From Giardia intestinalis (Eukaryota): a stretch of 64,000 bases of DNA. Positions 8,968 through 20,052 of the stretch are shown piece by piece. Below the pieces are notes generated by a model. The model was not told where the DNA came from and searched no databases. It was given only the letters and a program-made list of their open reading frames with translations. The position numbers and the translations under genes were made by a program. The stretch lies in the NCBI GenBank assembly GCA_000002435.2, contig CM018793.1; one strand, given 5' to 3'. Within the stretch, counting starts at the first letter, position 1. Each line of letters opens with the position of its first letter.

Positions 8968-11759
8968 TAAGAGGCGCACGGAACCCTGCTTCATGTCACG
9001 GAATTCAGTGGAACACAGCGACCAACGGAAGCGAGATCGCATCCTCGAGCCGCACCGGAGACCCGTTGATGCAGCATCCGCCCCCAGCAAGCACGACTGA
9101 GGAAGCCCAGCGCTGGCTTTCCTTGCTGTGGGAAGGCATAAGTGTATACATAGATAATGAGTGCATCCATTGCTACATTAACCCAGCTGGCGCTTGTAGC
9201 CCTTGACACCCGTAGCCACCGTGTCCTGCACCTGACTACTGCCCGAGTGACCATCGTGGGGGACACAGCGATCGTAATGCTCGTGGAGCGGCACGGGGCC
9301 GGCTCTAGGATCACCCCGCCATCCAGGCAAATGCGTACCATGAAAGGCCTCTTGTTGCCACCGTCCGAGGCTCACAGGATTGCAGGGCTCAGGCAGCCTC
9401 TGTCCCATGAGTGAGACTGGCCTCGCCCGGCGCCTCCAGCACTCTGCCAATAGCTGGCAGACAAGCGTGCACAATGGACTTAGATGGAGTGGATAAGGGA
9501 CAGCAACGCAAGACGACCAAGTAGGCGTTGACAGTACAAACACTGCCAGCCCTCGGTCAGAGAGCAGGCGTCTGGGAAAGGTGAGGGTTGCTTGTTACTC
9601 TACACCTTAACGGCCAGGCTCAACAGTAGTCACTGTTTGAGAGCTCTATTTGAAGGCACTGTAAGTGGGGTTCTTTGCCCTCCTGGATGTTGATCCCAGG
9701 AACGTGTTGCCTGATTGTTTGTCTCTGCATCGGAGTCGTTGCTAACGGCCGTCCTGGTGCAGCAAGGGGCCCATACAAGAACCATGTGCCGGGCACTACT
9801 CAAGAACAGAACAGATATCGTTGCTACTCATAGGCTTAGACCGATTTTCCGAAGCGGCAGATGTTAAGGGCAAGGACGGGGCCTGTTTCCGAGTCCCTAA
9901 TTCGAGAGTTTGTGTGAGGACCACAGCACTCTGTTAGACCTTCCTGGAAGAGGACATCCACACATATCCTTGACTCCAATCCACGTCAAAGAACGCCCAG
10001 CGGCTGCCATAGCAGTTGGGCAATGCCATCACTCCTTGCTCAGAGCTACCCATCGTTGGTGATAAGCAGCTAGCGACAGGGAAAAGCTTCTTTAGACTTC
10101 TGATTGCGCCTCAACGTTTTCAAGCCCCCCTATCGTTTTGCTGAGCCCAGGCTTCGCTGGTCTGGTGTGCTTGTATCCGTTCCAAAGCATGCTTGAAGTG
10201 GCGGCCAAGTGCTAGGCTTCATGTAGCTACCTCAGGCCACAGTGCTCGTGCGCAATAAGCAGAGTCTCCGGTCCACTGGCCACTACTCTTGCTACTCGTA
10301 AGCCTGCTCAGTGAGTGGCTATGGCAGGATCCTCCGCAAATGCGTATCTTTTGATACTTATTTCCACATGCACAGAGAAAGGTGTAGTGTAACTAGTCAA
10401 GGCATCTGCTGCTCAGCGTCCTCGCCGTGAGGGTCTACTGCATACCCCTTCAGCAGATGCTGATTAATGTGCCAGATACAACTACATCCTCAGACTGTCA
10501 GCTGTGCACGTGGTAGCTTCAGGCCATCCTCTAGCACTGTTCCAATGCCGCAGAATCTGGATGGGACATCCCGACTACAAGCGCAGCGCAAGGCTAGCGC
10601 ATTATGTCCAGCACTCTCCTACACCGCAGTTGGCTCCAGCGGCTATTGCCCTGGACTTACGTTTGGAGATAGGATGATCTGTACCCATCAGTGTGGATGA
10701 GCCATTGTCAGCCATTGTAGAAACGCTCAGAGTCAACGTAGGCAACATATTGATAGGCCGTAATGGATTGCTGGGCAGTCGTGGTACCCGGCAGCGCACT
10801 TTATGGAGCTGTGGCAAGTGAATACGCTGACTTCCGATTCACCCATCTATTAGGGTCCAGACACTTCAAATGGATATGCGGTATATGCTAGCCACGGTTC
10901 AGACTGCCAGCTGCATGGATCCTGTGACTGGCCATTAGACATCTTTAATGTGGTTGTAACACAGTGAAGTGGTACTATATACGTTTGCTGGCGATCATCC
11001 GCTATGCACAAATGTACCCGTCGGAGGCCAGTGTATCGGTCACTTTCTGCTGCGAAGGGAATGCTTAGCCGCTAGCACAGCCGATTCTCTACACCCTACT
11101 GATGGCTGTTTTGCGTATATCAGGCTTGGTATCCGCAAGCAGAGTATCCAGTTAGCAACAGACCAGGGTTATGTTCATCGGAGCAGATGATCAAGCGCCA
11201 GAGCTGGATTGTCAAGTCCCAGAAGGTGCCACCTCTTCTGGAACGCCCCTACAAAAGCAAGAACCCGACAGCGGAGTTGTGAGGAACTCGAAGTAGAGCT
11301 AGGTGAGAGTCTTAAAAGTCCATAGTGGTGGGGCTGACCGAGGCTTATAGGAACTAGTGATGAGCAGGTTCACAAAGATAGCCACTTAAGTTCAAGGTCT
11401 TCTAACGTTTCAATCTTTTCTGCATCTGTTTATATATTAGTAAAGAGGGTAAGAAGGAGTGTGCTCACCACCTACAGTACTTGGCTAGCTATACCTCCTA
11501 GAATTAGTATTATAGTGAGGTCTAGTGGATCCTTTATCTGCACTATCACTGTAAAATGGAGTACATGTTTGAATTCATGAATCAAAATTTCTGATCCCTT
11601 GATCTAGTAGATGCACTTATTAGCTGCATATCAAGATAACCAAAGTCCGGTAGAGAGGACTATTATACTCACCGTTATAACCTTACTCAATTTCAAAATT
11701 TGGCAGGACTCCTTAATTTCCTTGTTGACACAAAGCCCATAAACTCAATTAAAGAGAAT

Positions 11760-14558
11760 ATGTCAACAGAAAGGCACACAGAGGCAGCTCTTGCAAAGTG
11801 GTTTCAGTCCATAGTTGTCCAAGATTATGAGTATATTCTTGCCAATCTTCGTATGGCCAAATCGTGCAATAGCGAAGGTCATACCGCGCTTCACCTTGCC
11901 GTTCGCGCAAATGATTTGCAAATGGTACATATATTAACCCCACACGAAGCTGGATGCTTGAACAATGAGGGCAGCACGGCCCTATTGATAGCTGCTTCCT
12001 TGAACTATTCAGGCATATGCAAAGCCCTAATTCCTTATGAGAAAGCCATATGCACGCCTGATGGTAGAAATGCCCTCATGGTTGCCGCAGAGTGTGGTTC
12101 TGTTGACGCATTAAGGGCATTACTTAGTGCATACCAAATCGCCAGGGACCCCTCTGGTACGTCTGAGCTAGATTATGCGGTCCTGTCCGGTAGTGTTGAT
12201 TGTGTTGGTTTACTTTTGCAAAGCTATGGATACTCTCCGGATGATCTCAAGATTGCACTCCACCTCGCGCGAAAGCGACAGTCCCGGGAAATAATAAGTG
12301 TGTTGGAGCATGCTTGTGTCAACCGTATGGCATGCTCTACTAAGACTTCCAGCCACATGCACGCCGCCCCTGCCCTTTCAAAGCGCCCGTCTAGCGCAAA
12401 GCTCATCAACACAGCCACCGCAGCAGCTGTTGCCACTGTTGCCACCTCAACTGCAAGTCGGAATCTCATTTCTTTTGCGTCTGAAATCAATAAAATAGCA
12501 ACGTCACCCAAGCCATCTCTATCGAGAGTGCCAAGTGCACGACTGAGGCGCAGCTCTGAAGTTTTCAATCTCCATGAGTACGACAATAACATAAACGATA
12601 ACATTACACAATTGAGACAAGACGTACTCACTGCAACTGTCAGAACAAATGAAATACTTGAACTAGCAGATTGTGCACTCGATAAACCGTGTGTGGATAT
12701 TCATTACAACGAGAAAGACACTAAACCGCTTGAGCAACAACAGTCTACACGTAAATCCCACTCTGGAGGCTATCTTCTGAGCCAGTCTTCTTCCCAGACC
12801 CTTGCTAGAATTCTTAATTTAGAAAGAAAGGGGCTAGCGTCATCATATTTGCAATCACAGGATTCAAGGCAGTCACTAAATGTGTCGCAAGAGGAGGCAA
12901 TCAAACAGGAGCTAGATAGATTAACTGCGCGGCGGACACGGCTTACACGATCCTTGAAGGAGACGTGCGAGTATAATAAGTATTTTGCAGGCTCGACTAG
13001 TACCTTAGAACAAAAGTCTGATCAGACAATAAGGTCTTTAGAACATGAGCTCTTTGTTATTGATGAACGAATCAAAGAATTAGTGCGAGATTTGGATAGG
13101 ATAAGCATACAAACAGTAGAAGGCGCTATTTCACCCATTCCACAACATACTGATAAACCTGCATGTTTACCCTTACCACAGGCAGACTCTCCATTTGGTT
13201 CCGCTGCACATCAAGAACAGAGGAATGAACAGGATCTATTGAAAGAGAGTTTAACCATTGATGATATTAGGACAACAGGGAGACCAAAGAGTGCACGACT
13301 ACAAAAGAACTTGAAAGAGCTTCGTGATAGCTGTGCTTCAGTGAAGGGAACAATACAGGCGAGTGAGATTCTTAGTACCATTGAGCGCGTCGCCAGTAAG
13401 ATCTATGGTATAGAAACTAATAGCAGCGTAGGCGTACACCTACAGGCATCCATCTCTCGCTCACAAGCAGCCTTAGCCCAAACTGCCGGGATAAGTGAGC
13501 AAATCCAGTGCTTGAAGCGTAAGGCAGAGGTTGAGGCATCTATGAAGAACTTGGAGACTAATTATGCAGGTATCCTCCAACAGTCACGCTACACACAAGA
13601 TGCAGAAGGGGCTGGGCGACTATTAAGCTCACAGTACACCAAACTATCAGCTGAAAAAGCAGAGCTGATAAGAAACACTCATACAGATGATCGACCTGTC
13701 AGTAAGATTTTCAAGGAAAAGGTTATTTCCCCTGAGAGGCGCCATGAGCTCCTTCATAGGACGCTTAGCGAGAGACGAGATCAATGTCTTCTTTCAGATC
13801 CTAGTAAGACGCCGCTGATGCAGTCTGTGCTTAGAAAGAGTATCACAGACTGCAAGAGTAACCTGCAAGATGCAGGAAAAGCCGACGGGGATCGTTGCAC
13901 TGCGTTGATGTTGGCTGCCACAAATGGCTTCTCTGCTGCAGTCCAACTTTTAGTACCCTTTGAGCAGCGCATGCAAGATAAGTATGGCCAAACGGCTCTT
14001 ATGAAGGCTGCAATTGCAAACAGTCCAGAGGTCGCCCTTATCTTAAGGGAGCACGAGGCAGGAATAAAAGATCATGAGGGTCATACAGCATTGTACTATG
14101 CTCTTCTAAGTCGTAATATGGTTGTCGCAGAAATTTTAAAGGAGTATGAAGGAACATACTCTGCATTTGGATCTCAGACCACTGCTAACAAAACAGAGCT
14201 AATGACTGCCGCGGAAAAGAACGATCTCGTGCGTGTTTATTCGTTGCTACCAGCTCAAGGAAGAATGCAGGACTCCAATGGGAAGACGGCTCTTATGTAT
14301 GCCGTTGAAGCAAATGCACTGCCATGCATTCGTCTGCTAGCAGCTAAAGAGTCTGGACTAAGAACAACCGCTTCTCACCCGGAAGGCCCAGATTTTACGG
14401 CCCTGATGTTGGCAGTTAAATCCGGAAATATTGAAGCAGCAGAGATCCTCTTTCCACACGAGAAGCAGATTCGCAGAGCACATGGTCCGAGCATAGAAGC
14501 TTATGCACAAACAGATGCGATGAAAGATCTTGTTGCACGCTATCAGAATGAGCCTTAA
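11760..14558 (+). CDS. Ankyrin-repeat protein of the 'protein 21.1' type (N- and C-terminal ANK repeats, central coiled coil), 932 aa
   Basis: ANK repeats 'GHTALHLAVRANDLQMVHILT', 'GSTALLIAASLNYSGICKALI', 'GRNALMVAAECGSVDALRALL', C-terminal 'GQTALMKAAIANSPEVALIL', 'GHTALYYALLSRNMVVAEIL', 'GKTALMYAVEANALPCIRLL'. The track ORF began at a TTG (11700); the first ATG is 11760 in the AT-rich initiator 'aattaaagagaatATG'. Confidence 0.85.
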   Translation: MSTERHTEAALAKWFQSIVVQDYEYILANLRMAKSCNSEGHTALHLAVRANDLQMVHILTPHEAGCLNNEGSTALLIAASLNYSGICKALIPYEKAICTPDGRNALMVAAECGSVDALRALLSAYQIARDPSGTSELDYAVLSGSVDCVGLLLQSYGYSPDDLKIALHLARKRQSREIISVLEHACVNRMACSTKTSSHMHAAPALSKRPSSAKLINTATAAAVATVATSTASRNLISFASEINKIATSPKPSLSRVPSARLRRSSEVFNLHEYDNNINDNITQLRQDVLTATVRTNEILELADCALDKPCVDIHYNEKDTKPLEQQQSTRKSHSGGYLLSQSSSQTLARILNLERKGLASSYLQSQDSRQSLNVSQEEAIKQELDRLTARRTRLTRSLKETCEYNKYFAGSTSTLEQKSDQTIRSLEHELFVIDERIKELVRDLDRISIQTVEGAISPIPQHTDKPACLPLPQADSPFGSAAHQEQRNEQDLLKESLTIDDIRTTGRPKSARLQKNLKELRDSCASVKGTIQASEILSTIERVASKIYGIETNSSVGVHLQASISRSQAALAQTAGISEQIQCLKRKAEVEASMKNLETNYAGILQQSRYTQDAEGAGRLLSSQYTKLSAEKAELIRNTHTDDRPVSKIFKEKVISPERRHELLHRTLSERRDQCLLSDPSKTPLMQSVLRKSITDCKSNLQDAGKADGDRCTALMLAATNGFSAAVQLLVPFEQRMQDKYGQTALMKAAIANSPEVALILREHEAGIKDHEGHTALYYALLSRNMVVAEILKEYEGTYSAFGSQTTANKTELMTAAEKNDLVRVYSLLPAQGRMQDSNGKTALMYAVEANALPCIRLLAAKESGLRTTASHPEGPDFTALMLAVKSGNIEAAEILFPHEKQIRRAHGPSIEAYAQTDAMKDLVARYQNEP

Positions 14559-14607
14559 CACGGACTGCTCTACTTCTTCTACAAACCAGTTAATCCTAAA
14601 GTAAAAT

Positions 14608-17600
14608 ATGGATGATCTGTTTGATTTTCAAAACGGCTTCTCCTTTGGGAGCCTCGATGGCTTGGGTGGTTCTGCAGGCAACGGTGGAGACGAGAAGAAT
14701 GGAGATAAAGCTCCAGATTCCATTGATGAGTATAATTTAGACAATTTTAACATCGACAACTTTTTGGAAGATACTCCAGGTTCAGTACCTGCTAAGGAAG
14801 AGGCTCAGAAGAAATCACAGCCGGTGATAAAAGCACAGGAAAAAGACCCATTTGCTGGGGCTAGCGATCTGTTTGATTTTGGGTCGGACGAAAAACCAGC
14901 CTCAACACAGAAGGACACCCAGCAGACAGCCTCTTTCGGGGCAGGAAAAGAAGATGATATCGTGTGGGGAGATTTTTATCAAGAAGATAGTCCTCGTAAA
15001 TCCCCCGGTATCACGCAAGTAGAGCCAAGAAAGGATTCTCCTGTCAAAAACGGGACAGGGAAGGTAACTGTTTCTAATTCTGCACACTTACCTTCCACTG
15101 CTGAGCAGCATAATGGTACATCTATTGATAAATTCGATGACGATTTTGGAGACGACTTTGGAAATGATTTTGAACCGAATGCTCTAACTGTGCCAGAAGC
15201 CAATCATTTATCGACTGACGTCTCTGAGCCGCGTGCTATAACTCCCAATCCAGAGCCAGAGCAGCTGAGTTCTTCTATGCATAGTCCCCCAAAGGAAACA
15301 TTAAAGCAACTTCCACAAGCACACACTGATGCAGTGACAGATGCGTGGCCTAAAACTGTAAGGAGTACTGGGAGCGTCATTGGAAAGGTCACAGGTTCTC
15401 AGTTCGTTAAGGCGCGGCAGCCCTCTCTTCCCTTCTATGAGGACACTTCTGATGAGGCTGTCCCGGTAAAGAACCCCGAAAATCCATTTACAGTTGCACA
15501 AAAGCCAATCTATTACTCTCCGCCTAAATCAGAGCTAACGACGACTACAGACGAGACCAGTGCATTGACAACAGATGCATCTAGCCATATACAAGCACCG
15601 GCAACAACTCACGTTACTGCCATTCCAGCGTCTAAGCAAGCCCCTTTACCTCCTCGATCCAGAAGTACGTCTCCAACTCACTCCGACACCTTAAAGCGAC
15701 TTCAAGACCAAATGAACGTTATCCTGCACGAGCTTAAGGGTCTCACTGTTGGCCCGGATATGACCCAGCTCACATCTGCTCTGACTTCTGAAATTATAAA
15801 GCATCTACCGAAGGAGACACAACAGGGACATTCCAACAGTTTGCAGGCATCGGATATTCAATCACTGATTCAAAATGCACTTGATCAGACCAAAGAATCT
15901 GCATCAAGCCTTGTAGACCCGACTCCAGCACTTCACGGAATAGAACATAACATGCGCCGTTTGGAGGAGTCCATCGCAACTAAGCTTCAAAGCAAGTTTG
16001 CAGATGATTCTTGTAAGGAGGGTAAGATACTTGATACAATTAAACGATTGGAGCTTCAAATGAGTGGGATACAATCAGAAGTTTCCTCATTGGCTGTTAA
16101 GGCACAGCATTATAAGCAGGTGCACGTGAATGATCCGAATGTCCTGGCCCTAAATGCAGCAATCAACCTCGCCGAGGAGCGTGCGAAGCGCGCAGAAGAT
16201 AGGTACAATGAGTCTATTCAAAAAGTCAGCGACCTTACAGCAGAAGCCAAAAGAGCTATGGAAGAAGCAGAAAGGGCAAAGATAGAAGCCAACACTGCGT
16301 TAACATCAGCTAACCTTAGGGAGGCGAAAGCGAGAGATCTTGAAGAGGAGCTGAATAGACTTATGGAATCACTACACACCAGGGAGCGCAATATTATTGC
16401 CAGAGAGAGTGAGCTCAGAAAGAAGGAGGCCAATCTTCGTGAGCGTAATATTCAGCTGGAGACAGAGATGCTCAAGTTAACTACTCAGAAAGCAGAGCTG
16501 GAGGAACTTAAGGCAAAAGCAGATGCGTCCCGTCAGCTATCTATTTTAGAAAGGAACCAGTTGATTAAAGAGCAGGAAGAGCTTATTAATAACAACATAC
16601 TTCCAAATCCGGCACCAGTCCCCTTATACACAGACCTTCCATATAGACAATACCCCTCTGTTACCACATCACCTCATAATGGTGGCAATGCCTTATCCAT
16701 GTCTGCAATCGCAGCAGAGCCTCAAAAGCGTAGTAAAAGTGCAGCAAGAGAGGACCTTGAACGTGCAGTCAGCAAAGCCGATAAGGCGCTTAAGACTTCT
16801 CGCATACTGAGCACCTCTCAGATGCTTGGAAATCAAAAAGCAGAACCTTTTCTTGTTGATACAACTGCACATTCCTCGTTAGCTGCCTTAGAATACGATC
16901 TTCGCTCCACAGACCCCAAGCGAGAGGCGTTGCGTGTGGCCCGGAAATTTTTACAGGAAAAGGCACTAGCCAAGAGCATGACAGATACCCGGCCACCGAA
17001 GCCTCAGCCTCTGGTTGATACAGCTTCTTTGGCACAGAGCCTGAGCCTTAACAGTAGCAACGGAGCTATGAACTTAACAGCAATGCCTACTCGACCACAC
17101 GCACCTCCCTATGTCATTTCTTCTGGCTCAGAGAAGAGCAACTCTATGGCCAGCTCGCTTCCAAGCAGCCGTACATCATATGTCGAACCCCCCATATTTT
17201 CTGCAGCCACTGCGACTGCATCAATGAGTCAATACCCCTCACAGTTCTCGACACAGCGACCTTCGCTTCCATATTCTAGCAGGCCAACATCCCGGACAAG
17301 CGATAACATAGTGGCGCAAATCGCTGCAATTAATCGACCGTTTACACCAATTACGTTCGATCAATCGCAGTACACACCGGCAGAGGTTATCCGAAAAGCA
17401 TCTTTGGCTACCGTTACCCCAATAGTAGAGGCTCAGAATAGCTTTGCCACACGAACCACAAGCAAGCCCAGTAGCTTTGATATTTCTTCAGGGAGTGCTC
17501 CACTTGGGCCCTTGACATCAGAAACGTCTAAGTCTACCGACATTCCCGTTATGACGGCAGTTTCACAACTTATTCATCGCCAACCCTCAGCTCAACCCCC

Positions 17601-18342
17601 TTCTAACTCTACGTCAACTGAGATTGCTGTTCTCTACGATCAGTCATCTGTTCCAATAGCCACAACTAAAGGAGAAAATCTGGATGTACGGGAGTCCGCA
17701 TCTATTGTCACAGCAGTTCAAAACTTGCCGTCTGCCTCCACCAGCGCAGTAGATCCAGAAGCGTCTAGCTCTCGTAGTGGTAATGAGACAAGCACTCATT
17801 TTGGAACACAGCAGCAAAAGCAGCCTGATCACGCAATGGGCTCAACTGCTGTTCAGCTCCAGCCGCCAACTCAAGACTTGGCCACAGAACCGTCTATGAG
17901 TGCGTCCGCTCCAATCCCCTACCCGACAAATCGAGAAAACCCAATGCTTGCCGTTCAGTCTTCGAAGAGCGACCCGTCAACCTCGGGAAGCATATCTGCA
18001 GTGACGACATACAAGAAACAATCAGCAGGAGAGCAGGAAGTTGGCCACCCAGAGCTGAATTTCAGTTATCCCTACCAAGCACAGGTGGAGCCATATGCAT
18101 TTCTGCCTCAGGTATCTGCATCTCAACCAGGGCTTCTAGATGCGCTGTCAGAATCAAATCAAAACCGCTATTCAACCTCCAGGTTTACTGCCCAGAACGA
18201 GTTCTATGAGTTCAGTCCCCAGATAAGTACCAGTGACTTGGGCTATCCAGCACATAATCCCTTTGCAGACATTAAATATGACCTCGGCCTGTCAAACTTC
18301 AACAGCAACGAGCATTCTACAAGCCCAATGTTTCCATTCTAG
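14608..18342 (+). CDS. Large hypothetical protein, 1244 aa: acidic N-terminus with DPF/DxF/WxxF motifs, central coiled coil, long S/T/P-rich disordered C-terminus ending with an NPF motif
   Basis: ATG in 'aagtaaaatATG'. Motifs: 'DDLFDF', 'KDPFAGASDLFDFGSD', 'WGDFYQED', 'DDDFGDDFGNDFEPN', C-terminal 'HNPFADIKYD'. The coiled-coil segment runs about 16.1-16.6 kb ('LEEELNRLMESLHTRERNIIARESELRKKEANLRERNIQLETEMLKL'). Confidence 0.8.
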   Translation: MDDLFDFQNGFSFGSLDGLGGSAGNGGDEKNGDKAPDSIDEYNLDNFNIDNFLEDTPGSVPAKEEAQKKSQPVIKAQEKDPFAGASDLFDFGSDEKPASTQKDTQQTASFGAGKEDDIVWGDFYQEDSPRKSPGITQVEPRKDSPVKNGTGKVTVSNSAHLPSTAEQHNGTSIDKFDDDFGDDFGNDFEPNALTVPEANHLSTDVSEPRAITPNPEPEQLSSSMHSPPKETLKQLPQAHTDAVTDAWPKTVRSTGSVIGKVTGSQFVKARQPSLPFYEDTSDEAVPVKNPENPFTVAQKPIYYSPPKSELTTTTDETSALTTDASSHIQAPATTHVTAIPASKQAPLPPRSRSTSPTHSDTLKRLQDQMNVILHELKGLTVGPDMTQLTSALTSEIIKHLPKETQQGHSNSLQASDIQSLIQNALDQTKESASSLVDPTPALHGIEHNMRRLEESIATKLQSKFADDSCKEGKILDTIKRLELQMSGIQSEVSSLAVKAQHYKQVHVNDPNVLALNAAINLAEERAKRAEDRYNESIQKVSDLTAEAKRAMEEAERAKIEANTALTSANLREAKARDLEEELNRLMESLHTRERNIIARESELRKKEANLRERNIQLETEMLKLTTQKAELEELKAKADASRQLSILERNQLIKEQEELINNNILPNPAPVPLYTDLPYRQYPSVTTSPHNGGNALSMSAIAAEPQKRSKSAAREDLERAVSKADKALKTSRILSTSQMLGNQKAEPFLVDTTAHSSLAALEYDLRSTDPKREALRVARKFLQEKALAKSMTDTRPPKPQPLVDTASLAQSLSLNSSNGAMNLTAMPTRPHAPPYVISSGSEKSNSMASSLPSSRTSYVEPPIFSAATATASMSQYPSQFSTQRPSLPYSSRPTSRTSDNIVAQIAAINRPFTPITFDQSQYTPAEVIRKASLATVTPIVEAQNSFATRTTSKPSSFDISSGSAPLGPLTSETSKSTDIPVMTAVSQLIHRQPSAQPPSNSTSTEIAVLYDQSSVPIATTKGENLDVRESASIVTAVQNLPSASTSAVDPEASSSRSGNETSTHFGTQQQKQPDHAMGSTAVQLQPPTQDLATEPSMSASAPIPYPTNRENPMLAVQSSKSDPSTSGSISAVTTYKKQSAGEQEVGHPELNFSYPYQAQVEPYAFLPQVSASQPGLLDALSESNQNRYSTSRFTAQNEFYEFSPQISTSDLGYPAHNPFADIKYDLGLSNFNSNEHSTSPMFPF

Positions 18343-18446
18343 CCAACCCAGTGATGATTGCTGCCGTATTCATCCAAGCCTATAGAATTAAGGTAGTGTG
18401 CCCGAAATGGCAACCAATTAACCTCCGCGCAGAGAAGACAAAACAG

Positions 18447-19877
18447 CTACAATTCCAGGCCTTCCACATCATCACGTCTTTCTGCCCTTCCATCTTCATT
18501 GCGCTTTTCCGTTTTTTTATTCTGCTCATCAATTTCCCTGCTGATCTCGTCGTCAACTTTTCTAACAATCGACTCCACTTTTTCTTTGATCTCGTCAACA
18601 GAGTCTAGCGACGTGATGACGTGCTCTGTCCTTTTCTGGGTAGCGTACTTTTCGTCTATATGCTCAATTATTTTGTTCATATACACTTCCTCTGTGTCTT
18701 TCTCATATAGTGTGATGGAAACAGTTGCCTTTCCAAACCTACCACCACGTCCAATGCGATGAGTGTAAAGGGTAGGGTCTGCCACTTCATCCCCGTTATT
18801 GACCCACTTGACAGGTGGGTTATAGTTGACCACCAGCCTTATAGTAGCGACATCTATTCCTCGAGCCAAGCCATCGGTAGTGATCAAGCAATTGGTTTCG
18901 CGCTTTCTGAACTTTTCAAATTCTGCCATCTTTGCTTCCTTGCTCATGTCTGAGTGGTATCTAGAGCAACTATAGCCAGCGTTTTTCATCACTCGGTAGC
19001 ACTCATCAACAAATTTGCGTGTTTTGCAAAAGATAATGGATTGCGCACCTTTTTTATAGATTTCCAAGTTAATTACTTTGTCCAGGGCAACAGTCTTATC
19101 TGCCTCGGTACAACAGAGAGAAAACTGGACAGAATTTCCTAGGTATATGTTCACGCGCTCCACAAAATACGGGTTGTCAACATCTAGCCACTCCTTAACC
19201 ATCGTATCAACGACCTCACTAGGCATAGTAGCTGAGTAGAGATATCGCCTGGTCTTCTTTGGAGCAATCTCAATAAACTTCGATATCTCATGCTTGTTTT
19301 CAATGAAGTAATCGGCCTCATCAATAATTATTGTATTAATTGCGGTACAGTCAAAGGTTGCCCGTTCTGCTATTCGTGTCTTCCCTTTCACTACTATCTT
19401 TCCGCTGAAATTATTTAAAAGAGAGTGAATTGTCCCGATAACGATATGTGCAGTGGGATTCAATTCGCCTTCATTCAGTTCGTCTTTAGCAAAACAAAGG
19501 CTGACACGGATATTCGACCCCTTGGCAAGATTCTCAGCGACTCCATATATTTGACGACACAAAATTTTCGTGGGAGCAATTATGACGGCCTGTGGAAGAC
19601 TTTTATCTGGTGTGATATGCGACATGGCAACGGTGAGAAACGATATCGTCTTCCCGGTGCCAGTGGGGGCCTCAAGGAGCCCGGAGCGCTTACGATCGCA
19701 CAGGATTGGCTTGATAGCGGCCACCTGTGTCTTAGTGGGCATATGAAAGCCAGATGCGTGCAGTAACTCCATAATAGACTCTGGCACAGACAGCTTCTCC
19801 CAACTCATAGTGTCATCGAACAAGTCAATCTTATCATCAACAGGCAGAAGTGCTGTGTCCTCCTGTTTGTCAGCCAT
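18447..19877 (-). CDS. DEAD-box ATP-dependent RNA helicase, Dbp5/DDX19-like, 476 aa
   Basis: Q motif 'GFHMPTKTQ'; motif I 'APTGTGKT'; Ia 'APTKILCRQI'; II 'IIIDEADYF' (DEAD); III 'SAT'; VI 'HRIGRGGRFGK'. A Dbp5-type insertion 'NPPVKWVNNGDEVADPTLYTHRIGRGGRFGKAT' precedes motif VI (compare DDX19 'PVDKDGNPDNETYLHRIGRTGRFGKRG'). ATG in 'ttaaaaaATG'. Confidence 0.9.
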   Translation of the reverse strand: MADKQEDTALLPVDDKIDLFDDTMSWEKLSVPESIMELLHASGFHMPTKTQVAAIKPILCDRKRSGLLEAPTGTGKTISFLTVAMSHITPDKSLPQAVIIAPTKILCRQIYGVAENLAKGSNIRVSLCFAKDELNEGELNPTAHIVIGTIHSLLNNFSGKIVVKGKTRIAERATFDCTAINTIIIDEADYFIENKHEISKFIEIAPKKTRRYLYSATMPSEVVDTMVKEWLDVDNPYFVERVNIYLGNSVQFSLCCTEADKTVALDKVINLEIYKKGAQSIIFCKTRKFVDECYRVMKNAGYSCSRYHSDMSKEAKMAEFEKFRKRETNCLITTDGLARGIDVATIRLVVNYNPPVKWVNNGDEVADPTLYTHRIGRGGRFGKATVSITLYEKDTEEVYMNKIIEHIDEKYATQKRTEHVITSLDSVDEIKEKVESIVRKVDDEISREIDEQNKKTEKRNEDGRAERRDDVEGLEL

Positions 19878-20052
19878 TTTTTAATGTTCACGCGTGTTTC
19901 TATTTTTTATTAAATATTTATCTCTGCAGAAAATCTTGGCATTTAAGACTTCAGGGCTGTTGAATTTTAGGACCACGGGATAGGCATTGAGGTTTTGTGC
20001 TACTGAACCTCCAATCAAGATTCGCGCCCCTTTGATTTGAGTCGTATCTTCT

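Noticed and set aside
9090-9090. ORF-track start coordinates at 9090, 56826, 11700, 5826 and 60305
   Set aside because: Those positions are TTG/GTG codons rendered as M by the ORF caller. Giardia initiation is at AUG in an AT-rich initiator, so the CDS starts were moved to the first in-frame ATG (8967, 56805, 11760, 5874, 60350).
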